DNA of 63,561 bases, the filler included, from Piptocephalis cylindrospora (Eukaryota), in assembly GCA_003614145.1 (NCBI GenBank). It is 16 parts of 16 records of this genome, joined end to end, with 100 filler letters (N's around TTAATTAATTAA, not from the genome) between each part and the next. Parts side by side here need not be neighbours in the genome. Positions count along the whole stretch, not along the records: positions 19,902 to 23,700 come from KZ988603.1; positions 23,801 to 27,706 come from KZ988604.1; positions 27,807 to 31,708 come from KZ988605.1; positions 31,809 to 35,702 come from KZ988606.1; 12 more parts are not named here. One strand, 5' to 3'. Below, in pieces: positions 21,540 through 34,723 of the stretch. The notes below the pieces were generated by a model. That model was not told the DNA's origin and did not search any database. It saw only the letters and a program-made list of their open reading frames with translations. Made by a program: the position numbers and the translations under genes. Within the stretch, counting starts at the first letter, position 1. Each line of letters opens with the position of its first letter.

Positions 21540-23216
21540 GTCGAAAGCCGTGACCGGTGGTCAAAGGGGAGAGGGGGGGAGACGGCGTAAGATGAAGATG
21601 AAGAGATAAGAAGACATCAGGGGAAGGACCACCGATAGACTTGAGTGCTTGAAGAGCCTAGACCCGGAGCCAGCCGGAAGGGTGGGGCCTGCCACAGAAA
21701 GACAAAGATAAAGCTCAGCTTGGTCATGACAGTGGCAAAGATGGTATGGTCTAGTGTGTAGGATCAGGTCAGGGCTTCTTTGATCTGGCTGGGCTGGGAA
21801 GCAGAGAGGCACCATAGTGGAGGGTCTCTGGCGATTCGGACAAGGACACAGATATAGTATATTTAATTTAATGACGCGTCGGTGAGGAGATATTGTCGTG
21901 CGATGGACGATATATTAGTACTAAGTCACGCAGGGCAACGCTGATTGACGATAGCTTTGCTTATGAATAGGGGGTACTTGATCCCCTGAAGAAGGGTATA
22001 TATGGGAAAGGGGAATTGAAAACGAAATTATTGGATTATATCCATGGATGTGAGAGACCTTTTGCCCTGATAAGGTGATTTTATATGTTACTAGCATTCG
22101 TTTATGTATCAAAAAAGAAGCATGATAAATGTGTGAGATAGAGCAAGTACATTTGATGAAAGCATCCCATCCTCGTTCTGAGATGATGCTTCTAACAAGG
22201 CCCTTTCCTGCCCAGTGTCTTTACTACGCGTGCGCCTTTAGATTTTTTTGTAAAATGCCATCACTACTTTACTAGGCCAATCGTTGACAATGGGGGATAA
22301 TAATAGGCTTTTAGTTTCTAACATTACCATCTATGCTTTTGAGTGTATGCTCATGGTCTTGAAGGTAGAACATGGGCGGAGCTGTAAAGCTCGGATATTT
22401 TACTTGGCTCATTCTCCCCTTTTTTCCGCCCTCACATCCTTCCATCTTGCCAATCATAGGCAGATCATCCATCTTGAGCGTGCAGTCCCGGATCCATAAT
22501 ACGCACCAAGTGGAGGAGACACGTGTACACTTACCACCAAGTGGGAGGCTCAGCCTGCCCCCTACAGGAAAAAGGGGATAAGGGGAGAGACAAGATGCCG
22601 GGTATTTACTTACACACGTGAGGAGATATGATGGGAGGCGCGTGGGAAGCAAGGGGAAGGGGAAGATGGGAGGAAAGACGAGTATGCTATAACGTTGACG
22701 GATTTAGGCAGTTAAAAGCTTGCAGTGACTGCATAGGTACTGGAATCCGTGCAAAAGGGGAATATATACGCGATACCCGCACTCCCGCCTCCCTTTACCT
22801 TGACATGATACGTTTGACCTTTGTAGTAGGGCTGAGCAGGAGATTGTTAGATTGGAGGAGAGGGGCCCTTGGTACCATTGTACCCAGACCAACCCCTTCC
22901 CCCTTGGTTATTCCATCCATACTCTCTCTTCCCCCTGTATTTTAAGATTTGATTCCCTATTCCCTGCATCGCTAAGTATTTCCCTCCAGAGGAAGCAAGG
23001 GGAGATGGGGGGGGAGATATTTTGGCAAGGAGAAAAAGGATGATGGTTATAAATAAAACGGAGAAGCTCCAATTCACTCATCACTCAACGACCTTGAATC
23101 CCCATCCTACTCTGCTCCTCCCTTCCATAAATCCAGAAGCACATTTCTATTACACATTCGTCCTCTTACATCCCACTTTCCCACTTTCGTGCAACCTCAC
23201 CTATTTCATCCACGCT

Positions 23217-23700
23217 ATGAAGACTCTTACTTCTCTTTCTCTTTTCGCGATGCTCGTCGTCGTCGTGTCCGCCGCCTACATTGGCGACTATGACAACGGA
23301 GATTACGAGGGAGGCGAGGACGAATGGAATGGCTATCACCATCCCCATCACCACCACCGCTATCACAATGGTGGCGTCTACCGTCGCTCCTACTACGGCC
23401 AGGATGACGGTGATAACTGGAACAACGGGGATTACTATGGTGGCGATGACTGGAACAATGGAGGCTATGGCAGTGAAGAAGACTGGAACAATGGAGGTTA
23501 CGGCAGTGAAGAAGACTGGAATAATGGAGGTTACGGCAGTGAAGAAGACTGGAACAATGGAGGTTACGGCAATGAAGAAGACTGGAAACACTATGGTTAC
23601 GGTGACCCCATCCGCTATAATCATCGCCCTAACTACAAGTCTTCCCTGGGGGGTGGCGGCGGTAAAGGATTTTTCGGTTCTCCTGCTGCTTCTCCCGCTG
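23217..23700 (+). CDS. Secreted Gly/Tyr/Asn/Asp-rich tandem-repeat protein, 3' truncated
   Basis: Signal peptide MKTLTSLSLFAMLVVVVSA, His-rich patch, RR site, 4 x DWNNGGYG(S/N)EE; TATAAA ~170 bp upstream. Confidence 0.8.
23448..23579 (+). repeat. Coding tandem repeat, 4 x 33 bp
   Basis: GACTGGAAYAATGGAGGYTAYGGCARTGAAGAA units at 23448, 23481, 23514 and 23547. Confidence 0.95.
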
Positions 23701-23800
23701 NNNNNNNNNNNNNNNNNNNNNNNNNNNNNNNNNNNNNNNNNNNNTTAATTAATTAANNNNNNNNNNNNNNNNNNNNNNNNNNNNNNNNNNNNNNNNNNNN

Positions 23801-24921
23801 AGGAGGATGTCACCATGGAGGACGTTATTGAAGAGGATGACAGCGAAGAAGAAGAAGAAGAAGAGGAGGAGGAGGCAGACAGCGAAGAAGAAGAGGATAG
23901 CGAAGAAGAGGAGGAGCCCTCAAACACCCCCAAACCAAAAGAAAGAAGTAGGCCTTTGATCAATGATCAGGCAACGATGGACGCTCTTAGGAAACACATT
24001 CACCTGGACCTGCCCTTCGTCGAGCACATGACCGTGGACTCTTCGACCCCCACCAAGGTGGAGAACGCGGAGGATGATCTGGAACGGGAGATGGCATTTT
24101 ATCGTCAGGCACTCGAGGGAGCGATGATGGGGCGTGCGCAACTCAAAGAAGCCAGCTATCCGATCACCCGTCCTGACGACTACTACGCGGAGATGCTCAA
24201 GAGTGACGAGCATATGGAGAAGGTGAGGCAGAGACTTCTCGAGGAGGCGGCATCCATGAAGGCCAGTGAGGCGGCCAAGCGTCTCCGGGACCTCAAGAAG
24301 TTTGGTAAAAAGGTCCAGGTTGAGAAGCAGCTGGAGAGACAGAAGACCAAGGCCCAGGACCTGGAGCGGATCAAGCTTCTAAAGAAGAAGCGGAAGGGTG
24401 GAGATGTCACCGAGGATCATGAGGATAACTTTGATGTGGCTGTGGAAGAGGCCGTAGCCCAGGATCGTCTTACCCAAGAGGGAGGCCGAAAGGACAAGAG
24501 CAAGCGTGGTCTTGTCATCAAGGATCGGAGTGCCAAGAGACAAAAGAAGGTAACTTGGATTAGAGTATGGGATGGGAGCGGTGAATGGACAGATCACTCA
24601 TCGACTTACCTCCCCTCCCAATAATGATGAAACCATTAGGACTCCAAGTACGGGTTTGGTGGAAAGAAGAGACATAGCAAGGAGAACACGGCTTCCAGTG
24701 TGGCGGATGCCAAGTCATTTAACCCCACGAAGAATAAGCAGGGATTCCCTGGAGTTCGGGTATGTACTAATTATGGCTGATTGGAGGGGGGAGGAGGGTG
24801 GATGAATCAAACTAACGCCATCTTACGTGTAATCATCTTCATTGACTCTTAATAGAAGGCTCCTAATCAAAAGAAGCGGCCTGGAAAGAGCAAGCGGGTG
24901 GCTGGCCGTGGTCGAAAGTAG
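23801..24921 (+). CDS. EBP2: rRNA-processing protein Ebp2; probably 5' truncated; exons to 24549, 24640-24759, 24856-24921
   Basis: DDLEREMAFYRQAL, RPDDYYAEMLKSDEHMEKVR, KYGFGGKKR, KRPGKSKR. Confidence 0.93.
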
Positions 24922-25133
24922 TCCTTGGCTTGGTATGAGGTTTCTACACTCTTTCCTATTGGCAGAAGGATGGTTTGGAAAGGATATGGGAACAAAGAGA
25001 GAAAAATACATGGTACATGAATGAGATTTCGAAAAACATCTTATTGCTTTGGATAGCGATAGAAGGGATAATAATAGAGATCCAATTTACTTTTATTTCC
25101 CTACCCTCCATTGATCCTGGGTATACACACCCA

Positions 25134-25741
25134 TTACTCGGTCACACCTGCACGGAAGACTGTACCTTCGGGAACATCATCCTCATCTTCTCCATCTCCA
25201 CTGGAGCCTTTTGGAGGGTCATACGAGGTAAGGAGGTAATCGACAATGGCATCATGGCCTCTTTGCTGTGCCTCGTACATGGCTGTTCTTCCCGCAGTAT
25301 TTTTGATCTACCCCAGTGATGGGATGAGTCAATGAGTGAGGTTAGAAGATGAAGAAAATACAGAGATCCTTACCGTAGGATCAGCATGAGTGGAGACAAG
25401 AAGTTTGACCATTTCCAAGTGCCCATTCAGCGCAGCCCAATGCAAGGCTGTGTTCCCTCCCTCATTCTGAATATCTAATTGCTCAGGGGTCAGTCGGTTC
25501 ACTAGGACCTTGCCTACCTCTATAGCGGGAATAAATGAAGGTAAGCTTTTTTTTCTCGCATAGAGACAGATCAATACCTACCGAGATGACCGTTGGCCGA
25601 GGCCATGTGCAGAGCGGTTTGCCCAGATGTGTTGGTGGCGGCTGGAGACAATGCGGGGTTCTCTTGGAATAACCGGGTGACATCCTCCTCATCCCCGTAC
25701 CTGGCAGACAGGACCAATTCGTTGATGAGTTCCTCGGACAT
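25134..25741 (-). CDS. YAR1: Ankyrin-repeat protein, Yar1-like (3 exons)
   Basis: LSARYGD, GQTALHMASANGH, GNTALHWAALNGHLEMVKLL; acidic tail. Confidence 0.75.
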
Positions 25742-26120
25742 ATTGGATTGGGAGGGGAGGCGAGGAGTGATGATGTAGAGGCAAGAAGGACGAAGGTTGG
25801 AGACCTTGAGGTAGACCAGCATGATTCAGTAGTCTCTCAGTCGAAACCAGTCTTTTTTTGACGACAGCCCTTACACTCGCACCTCCACAGTGGGATGGAC
25901 CAGGATGAGAGGCTGGGTGTGCGTCAAGATAGCATTTGGTCATCCTGACCATCATTTACTGTGAAGCATAGCCGCCACTCCAGCAAGTGCAAGCTAATGA
26001 CGAGGAGGCAGTGGAGATTCACTTCTATAATCGATAGCTGGTGTTGTTATTTATCCAAGAACCTTCCCAAGCTATAGGTCAGCCACCTATCTTTTCTCTT
26101 TACTCCCAATTATCAGCACC

Positions 26121-26945
26121 ATGTCCGCCACTGATGAACGCCTTTTAGCAGCGATTACCCGGGCCATGCAAGGACCGGATCCTGAAGGGGAGGAGCCCCG
26201 TCGGTCTCCTTCCCCAGGCCAGTCTGAGGACGATGAAGAGAAGGCTAAGGACGAGCCCACAGAGGTAGCCCAACCCACCATCTCAGATCGTCGGTCAGGA
26301 CCTCAAACAGGACCCAAGGGTGTCCTGGCCGATTATCGTCACTCGACCCAGCAGCAAGCGCAGAAAGAGGAAGAGACCGAGGAAGACAAGGCCTTTCTCG
26401 AAGCATACCGGGCTAAGCGACTTGCCGACCTTCAGAAACCACGGTAAGTTCAAAATTGATCGCATCACCCCCATTATACGCGCTCACTCCAATCAAGACC
26501 CACATTTGGTTGGGTAAAGGACATTGGGCAGGATGAATATGTCAGTATCATCGACACCACCGACCCTTTGATCCCTGTCCTCATCCATCTGTCCGACCAG
26601 GCCAACCCAGCATCCGCTGCCTTACATACCGCCATGACTCAATTAGCCTCCAAATACCCACACACTCTCTTTACCCGTATCCCGGCGGTGGAAGCGTATG
26701 CTGATGTTGCCCAGCTCGATCCCATCTCTCTCCCCACCCTTATGGTCTACCGAGCCGGAGCCTTGATAGAGACATGGTTACGCATCGGTCATGGCTCCGA
26801 GGGGATCCAAGTGGATGATCCCGATCGGGTCGAGGCCTTTTTGCTTCAGTGAGTCTAACCTAAGAATGATGGGACCTTATCCATGCCCTATTACTCAAAT
26901 CACCCCTCTTCCTGCAATGATTTTAGGGCCGACGTCCTCGCTTGA
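26121..26945 (+). CDS. Phosducin-like protein (PhLP1 type), 3 exons
   Basis: TGPKGVLADY motif; thioredoxin-like half with LASKYPHTLF and LPTLMVYRAG. Confidence 0.85.
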
Positions 26946-27185
26946 GGTGAAGAGAGGTATGCGTGATCAGGGCAAAGTGTATGGATGAAGCCTGCCTTCA
27001 CTTCCTCGCCCCCCACTCATCACCAAATTCCATATCAGTGATTCATATCAACTTCAGTAAAACATTTACTTTTCATCCGTATCCCATTTACATGATTAAA
27101 AGCAATCCCTTTCATCTTCCACACAGACACACATACGCGCAAAAATCGATCCTTTCTCATGTACATGCACGCCATCTCCAGATGA

Positions 27186-27706
27186 TCATTCCTTGAGCAC
27201 CGTGGGCTTCTTCATCCGCGTGAGGAACTCGGCTTGAGCCCGACGACGCTCCTCCTTTCGTCGTTCCGCCAGCTCTTCCTCGGACTCGTCCGGGTTATCC
27301 CGACGCCACCGTCTCCAACCCTCAAAGTCAATCAGGGCTTGCATGCAGCCCCACTCAATCATTTTTCGTTCTAGCCAGGCTAAAGACATGGGCTTGGTGA
27401 GGAAGTCATTGCATCCAGCTCGTAGGGCCTTTTCCCTGTCGGCCTTGAGGGAAGAGGCCGTCAGGGCCACAATGATCACCGGACAATCCATCCCACTGCT
27501 ACTGCCTCCAGGGGCCGACGCGATGGGGAAGGCCATACTAGGAGGGGATTGTTCGTTGGGAGAGGGAGAGGAGGCAGAAGGGGCTTGGATGATGGCCAGT
27601 GCATTGGCCACAGCATCATCTGCCATCATCAGGCCTCTAACCCCACCAAATGCTTTACCCAGCCCCTTTCCCCCCTCCCATCCAAGCCCATGTCTTTATC
27701 CTGGCT
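27186..27706 (-). CDS. SSK1: Response regulator Ssk1/Mcs4, C-terminal fragment
   Basis: PVIIVALTASSLKADREKALRAGCNDFLTKP..WLERKMIEWGCMQALIDF. Confidence 0.9.
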
Positions 27707-28145
27707 NNNNNNNNNNNNNNNNNNNNNNNNNNNNNNNNNNNNNNNNNNNNTTAATTAATTAANNNNNNNNNNNNNNNNNNNNNNNNNNNNNNNNNNNNNN
27801 NNNNNNCTCACACATTCTCCCCCTCTGCATTCCTACCGGTGCGTCATTATGGATATTACCGCGGTACATCTGAGGAGGCTTACTTTTCCTGAGCTGGATT
27901 GGGACATACCGATGGTACAGATAGTGCACGGGCTGAGTAAGGAAATCCTGGAAAAAGCGACCGCCTTTCTCTAGTGATCACAAAAGTGGCGGGAAGAGGA
28001 GGAGGGATAATTTCCACCATCATAGGAGGGCTCACAAATTCCGAGATTGGATGGGATGGCATCATAAGTGTTTCGTTTTGCAAGTACTTTAGGGCCTCGG
28101 TAGCGCAAGGTCGATGAGGTAAACTGATGGCGGGATGAGGAGGCA

Positions 28146-28205
28146 AACTGATGATGGGGTAACTGATGACGGGGTAACTGATGACGGGGTAACTGATGAC
28201 GGGGT
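28146..28205. repeat. 15-bp minisatellite x4 (AACTGATGAYGGGGT)
   Basis: Direct inspection. Confidence 0.9.
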
Positions 28206-29150
28206 AAGGGTGGTTATGTGAAGGGCGACTTGTATGGTATAAACAATGATAATAGAGAGATGTGCAAACAATGATGCCAGAGGGAGGAGAGAGGAGAGAA
28301 GGAAAAGAGGGAGGGAGGGGGGGGGGGGGGGGAAGGGGGAAGGAGGGGAGGGGGGGGGGGGGGGGGGGGGGGAGGAGGGGGGGGGAAGAAAAGAAAAGAG
28401 AGGGGAGGGGGGGGGGGAGAGAGGACGCAGGAAAAGGTATGGCCATATATGTGACCGCGTCATCTCCGCGGTCAAGTCAGCCTGGTGGCACTTAGTATTG
28501 ATATGGTTCGTCCCCATACGTCCAATCTCTCCCCAGCCCCACAAGAAGCACTTCCAGTAACCCGCCATCGCGGGACCTCACATCGTCCTCCCCTTAAACC
28601 GTCTCTACCATGCCACCAAGGACACCGCAAGCTTACCCTCATCAGCTCCTTTCCTCTCTCCTAGCCTAAAGGAGCCCACCGCTTCCCCCACATCTCAAAC
28701 ACCCATGCCTTATGATCGATCCCCTATCTATAGAAACTCACACATTCTCCCCCTCTGCATTCCTACCGGTGCGTCATTATGGCACCTGATGGGATGGTGA
28801 GCGTCGCGAGAAATCATCATAAAAGCCTCTATAAATCAGACCGCCCAATCCATTATTATCTCCTCCCTCTTAGTGTCCTCTGACCCAAGACTGACCCTTC
28901 CAGGACACGAGATCCTAGAGGAGCTAGTCAGTGAAGAAGAGATGGGAGAATGAGTCCGCTTGAGCGCGGCAGGTTCTAGCTCAAGCCAAGGCAAACTGCC
29001 CATGAAAGTGGATCATAATATCCTCCCCCTCATTCCCGTGCTCGCAGAACCAATTCAGCAAGCGCAAAGAATCTCTAAGAGTATAATACCATGGCGCTTC
29101 ATTTTTCCCTGGCCCAATAGAGGGGAAATGTCAGTGAGGCTCACATACCA

Positions 29151-29270
29151 ATGATGATAAGGTCATTTTATTTCCCCAATGTGGTATGCATAGGGGCATC
29201 CGAACACTAGAGGGGCACGTACCGCTCCTGGATCGAGAAAGCCCATGAAGAGATGTCATATGGCCACCTC
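29151..29270 (-). mobile_element. Degenerate copy of the non-LTR/SINE-like family
   Basis: ATGATGATAA..CATTTTATTTCCCCA..GGGCATCCGAACAC shared with 5747-5810; no clear TSD. Confidence 0.55.
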
Positions 29271-29335
29271 CAACTTACCTTGGAAAAATTAGGTTTTGGA
29301 AGGAACTTCAGATATACTATCTATTGTGAAACTGA

Positions 29336-30842
29336 ACCGATGTATATATCACCATGGAGCCTTTTCTTCATTATCCTTCTTGCAGAAAACTGTTCTTCAT
29401 GTACTAAAATGCGCTAAAAGCGCAAGAACAACACAATCAAGAAGAATTAAAGCAAATTTAAATTAGTCAATAACTCAATGCAGGACTTAAGAAACTACGA
29501 TATAGGCTATATTGGTGCACTTTCAATGCAGGCTTTTGCAAATTCCATCTCCAACCATCAGTACTCAGCGGGTCCACCCTTTGCCTTTAAAACCGCTTGC
29601 ATCCTTGAAGGCATGCTATTGATGAGATTCAGGACTACATCCTGGGGGATCCGATCCCACTCTGACTCCACCTGGGCCCAAAGAGCATCGAAATTGGTGG
29701 GGGCTTTCTTGTAGGCGGCTAGTTGCCTCTAGGTGTCCTCAGAAATGCTCAATAGGATCCAAGTCTGGAGACTGGGAGGCCCATTTCAGGACTTGGATTT
29801 CATTTGAGGACAGTCAACTCCGAGCCTTGAAAAAGGTGTGACTTGGGTCATCATCCTGCTGGAAGATGATATCCTCATCACCAAGGCCCCAGTCATCCAG
29901 TGATGATAACTTTCTTCCAATGCATCATAGTATACGTCCGCATTCATTCTCCCGTCAATCCTATGAAGTCTACCAATTCCATAGCCAGAGATACAATCCC
30001 AAATCAGCACATTACCTCATCCATACTTAAGTGTAGATACTACATTTTCGTCATGGAAGGCCTCCCCAGGTCTCGTCCAGCACCTCCAGGTACCATCTGA
30101 GCCCATATGAGTAACCTTAGACTCATCCGTCCAGATAACGCGTCTCCAGTCCTCCTGTGCCCAACTCTAGTGATTCCTCGCAAAGCGCAAGCGGATCAGG
30201 TGGTTTCTACGCTTTAGCATTGGAACTTTTCTAGGCCTCCTACCTCTCAACCCCCTCCTTCTGAGGGCATGACGCACTGTATCAGCACTGATGCTCTCCC
30301 ACGATCGGCGGAAATCTGCATTGCAGCCCTCCTGACTAATCCCCCAAGTGTTGTCGTTACATTCCGGACTGTCATCTGCTCTTCTCTCGGGGTTAAAAGT
30401 CTTGAGCAGCCTCCTGGGTTGTGTTTTCTCAACATACCTAGCTCCTTACTCTCCTCATTACCGTAGGTACTCCTACCTTGGTCGAAGCGGCCATTCGGCA
30501 GAGCGATTAACCCTTCTCCAAGGGCACCTTGATACGTAGAGTTGTTTCTTTTGGTACGGCTTTCACGGTTGAGCGAGATGAAGGGGATCGTAGTGCAGGA
30601 GGGCACTGAAGAGCCCTGGTTCTTATAATGACATTCTTATAGCTAGTTCCTAATAGGGTAGTTTTTATAGTAATGAGGTTAACAAAAATATATTTTGAGG
30701 TACTTTATTTATACATTTAAAAATGCTTCTGCTATCCCTGATCGTGTGGTTCTCGCGTTCTAGAGCACTTTATTTTATCAAGGATGGTTTTCTGCAAAAG
30801 GGATAATAAATAAAAGGGTCCATGATGGTAGAAATACCGGTA
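29336..30842 (-). mobile_element. Degenerate Tc1/mariner transposon with transposase pseudogene and ~130-150 bp diverged TIRs
   Basis: Minus-strand fragments WRRVIWTDESK, QQDDDPSHT, WPPQSPDLDPIEH, SMPSRMQAVLKAKGG with stops/frameshifts; 29336-~29465 is inverse-similar to ~30710-30842. Confidence 0.9.
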
Positions 30843-31244
30843 CACTTTTGCGAGGCAATGTGGTGCGCGAGCAGATCGAGGTAGAGGAAGCGACTGCCTT
30901 CTGGCTTTGAAAATGCGACACTCCCAAAAGGAAAAAGATAAAGGGGCTTTACAGCGTATTGAGCCTACCGTTTGCTCATTTTATTATTAGGGAATGGTCT
31001 GACCAACTATTACTATTACCGCTAGGCTATCCCCTTTACCCTACCCTGGAGATGTATGCTCTTAGTGTATGATCCGCAAATGATGGTATGGAACAATTGA
31101 AGAAACAAAGGACCTTTTGAGGACATTAAATCAATCCCTTTCACAAGTATATTCAATTCAGGTATTGTTGAAAAATATTCGATTGATTACGGTATTGAAG
31201 GGAGAGAAAGTAGTTTATCATAGGCGACGGTGGGGTCGACGGGT

Positions 31245-31451
31245 TCAGAACCGCCCCTTATTCCGCTGTTCAAATTCCCATGAGCTTACACAGGAGCCTT
31301 GGTTGCATACATAAGGGTTTGGGCAATCGCTGGTCGTGCCACAGCCAGCAGATGTCTTTGGTGGCTCTTCCTCCTCAGGAGCAGGAGCAGCAGCAACGAT
31401 CAACGGCATGGTCAGCATGGTGGAAATGAGCAGGATGGAAACGAGCTTCAT
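31245..31451 (-). CDS. Small secreted cysteine-containing protein (68 aa)
   Basis: Signal peptide MKLVSILLISTMLTMPLIVAA; C-x5-C-x5-C-x4-C module. Confidence 0.65.
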   Translation of the reverse strand: MKLVSILLISTMLTMPLIVAAAPAPEEEEPPKTSAGCGTTSDCPNPYVCNQGSCVSSWEFEQRNKGRF

Positions 31452-31808
31452 GGTGAAACAGAAGAGGAATGGAAGTGGGAGAAGGGAGGGTCGCTCAGCG
31501 AGAAAAATGAAAGGCGGGAAAGAGGCCAAAGCTCTTGGAAGGGGCAGGGATGTAGGGTTGGGTAGTTTGCAGGATAGGCAGGAGGGAATGGGGAAAGGGA
31601 CCTTGATTTGGCCTTTATTTAAGCCTGTTGGTATGGGAGAGCGTAAAGTGCCTCTCATGGGGCCACTCTCGGCCATCGTTCACTAGTTCTCTCCCTTTTA
31701 CTCTGCTTNNNNNNNNNNNNNNNNNNNNNNNNNNNNNNNNNNNNNNNNNNNNTTAATTAATTAANNNNNNNNNNNNNNNNNNNNNNNNNNNNNNNNNNNN
31801 NNNNNNNN

Positions 31809-33004
31809 CTTACAACCAGGGATTCGGAACCTCTTTTCTATTCTCGCTGGGACCTTGGTTTCTGTCTTTGGCTTCCGCCCCATCCTCCTGCTGGGGAGCG
31901 CGATCGCTTCTGCTGGCTACCTTACAGCCTCCTTTGTCGACTATCCTCTTCTCTTGATCCCGACCCAAGGAATAATGGTTGGGCTGGGAGGTGCTCTGAT
32001 TTTCACACCTCTCCTCGCCGTTCCCTCCCACTGGTTTATGCGAAAACGCGCACTGGTTGCTGGTATTTGCGTTGCTGGTGCAGGGCTGGGAGGATTGACT
32101 ATGGCCGCGGTAGTGGAGCGATTGCTACACGTTGTTGGCTTAAATTGGACTCTGCGCATCCTCTCCGTTCTCCTCTTCTCGGTTGGGACCATATGTAGCT
32201 TTCTCATCCGGCCTCGCCTTCCCTCGCGCCAGGAAACAATATTCCGCTGGTCAACTTTGGACGGCGTCTGGACTTTACGATTCCTTTACCTCGCCGGAAC
32301 TGTTGCATTATTTTATCTCATTGACTTTATCCCACTCTTTATCCTTCCTGGTAAGCGTATGATTATAGATTTTGAGGTTGGGTTCCTAAATCGGCCCACC
32401 CACTCAAACCCCGCCTCCATTCCTGATGCATAGCATATTCCCTATCCCTTGGAGAAAATGAGGAAAAAAGTGCACTAGTCCTTGGGATCCTGAACATTAC
32501 TCAGGCTATTGGGAGGATTGCTTCAGGATGGGTGGGCGACAGGTTTGGAAGGATCAACACCCTTGCCTTGATATTGGGTGCGAGTAGCATAGTGTGTTTT
32601 GCCCTTTGGCTCCCTGCCTCAGACTATGGCACCCTGATGGCGTTTGCCTGTATTTTTGGTATCTTCTCCGGGGGAGTCATCTCCTTGGCCGTCTCAATCA
32701 TTCCTGATCTTTATGGTATCCTTGGAATGATCGTGTCGGGATGGATAAAAACGCATAAACCTAACCAGTTATCCTTGCCATTCTCTCACCTGTAGGAATT
32801 GACCGAACCGCTACGTACACAGGCCTCGTTTTTGGAGTATCAGGCGTCCCCATTCTTATTGGAGATCCCGTATCTGAATCCATTCGAGAGCACTTTGGGT
32901 ACGACGCCTCCAAGCTATTCTGTGGATCTGGTTTGGCCCTCGCCACCCTCCTGGCCATTGCGCTTCGGACCACCTTTTCCACCCGATGGACAGCCCGAGT
33001 CTAG
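31809..33004 (+). CDS. MFS monocarboxylate-transporter family (Mch-like); 5' truncated, multi-exon
   Basis: FGFRPILLLGS, SHWFMRKRALVAGICVAGAGLGG, GRIASGWVGDRFGRIN. Confidence 0.88.
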
Positions 33005-33267
33005 AATCGCCTTGAATGGGGCTCTCATACGAATTTTCCTCAGGAAGGATAGAAACACGGAGATGCTACTACCCAGTTTTAATCAACATGGTTTAGGTAA
33101 AACGTGCCATGCCCCGATAGTGAAACAATGACACTCCCTGAAATTACCAGAGCATAAATGGTATTTTCTCAGAGTCTTTACCTTCTTAAAAATCCCCCTA
33201 TGTACCGAAAAGCGCGTCCAGCCTGCATGATTCAAGAAAAATATAATCAAGCAAGGGAAGGGAATAT

Positions 33268-34124
33268 CTATGCCTGAGCCTCTTGCTCTTTTTTATCTAA
33301 ACCTATACGACCTCTCCAATGCTCCTTCATCCCTTGGCCTTTTTGGAGAGTCTCGAGGAGCTCATACTCCTGACCTACTTGTAGATGACCATACCAGTCC
33401 CCATTGGGGTACAGGATGGCGTTAGCCGCATATCTAAGAAAAGTGAGAGGTATAAGGGAAGAAAAAAGTATTGAAGAGCTAGTCATCCGACCCAAGAATC
33501 ATCCTCGACTTACTTGTGTCCTCCAATGTGAGAGATACGATGAACGTGAACATCAGATACTCCATCAATTTGAGTATCCTGGTTGACAGCGTGCTCCAGG
33601 GCCTCATGGAACTTTCCACCCTTCTCCCCACACCTACAGTCCCTTTCACCGTGGGTGCAGACGAAAATATACTTTCCAGAAAGCTTGGAGTATTTCAGTC
33701 CCCCCAAAGCCTCTTGAAATGGGACAGAGAGAGGCTGAGTCAGGAATTCCTCGACTCGCGACACGTCCGAGATTTTAAGCGCCTCCAGGCGGATAGCCTC
33801 TGGAAAAACCAGGACATCTTCTCCCTCTTTTCCCACCGAGGGTAGGTCCGTCAAGGAGAAGAGGATTGGAGATTCTGCATGGGTTAGGGCCCGTCGAATA
33901 TGCGTGAACTTCCCGAATAATCGATCAGACCACGCCATCTCTGGGTGTGAAGGCCACTGGTTGGTTCCGGTACACAACATAAGGTGTCGACGGTGGTAAG
34001 CCACCGTCCCCGGTAGCTTTTTTTCGGCCAGATCTACTTCCCGAGTGGACGACACCCATCGGATCTGTCGTGTCATGGGCGCCCATTGGAGAGAGCGACT
34101 CAGTCGAGTAAGAAAAAAAGGCAT
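33268..34124 (-). CDS. Sucrase/ferredoxin-like [2Fe-2S] protein (Apd1/Aim32 family), likely mitochondrial, 2 exons
   Basis: CTHGERDCRCG and SHIGGHK|YAANAILYPNGDWYG (Cys2His2 ligand pattern), HWRGRIG. Confidence 0.9.
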
Positions 34125-34723
34125 GATGAAAGGGAATGAAGACAGGTATATGGCAAAGTAACAGGATCTTGAAGTGATGCAATAAGAGGATAAGAATGGG
34201 GGTCGTCAGGGCAATGCTTTTATAAGGGAAGGAGGAGGCAAGCGAACGGGAAGGCAGGACAAACGGTCAAGGTGAGAATCGGAGACACTATTCCCCGTAT
34301 GGAATATCCCGTCCACTGGGAAGGCCCTCAAGGGCTGTGTGCAATGGGGTAGACCTCGGATAAGCATGTGGCTAGTCATTTGTCATTTGTCGTGCTGGAT
34401 TTGCGATTTTCTACTCGTCGGTGCTAATCTGATAAGCCCAGATCAAAATGTATATATCGTAACAACTTGGAAGTCGCCGTGTTATCCATGTGAGAGGAAT
34501 GCCTGTGAGGAGCCCCAGAGACAAAGGACAAGGGCCAAAGTGAGGAAGGGCTTCTCATGAACGAACAAAGTAAAGGATCCGACTGCACAAGGATACCCTA
34601 GCATAGTCCTAGCTATAGAGAAGCATCCGCCTGGGTGATTCCCTATAAAAGACTGAACTTTCGACAGACATTTCCAATACATTGGAATATTGGGCACTTT
34701 ACATCTGAATTCACCCTTCCCTG

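Noticed and set aside
27807..28782. Direct duplications 27807-27852/28737-28782 and 38598-38652/39640-39694 as LTR or TSD structures
   Set aside because: One copy always touches a contig end; consistent with chimeric reads or assembly overlap
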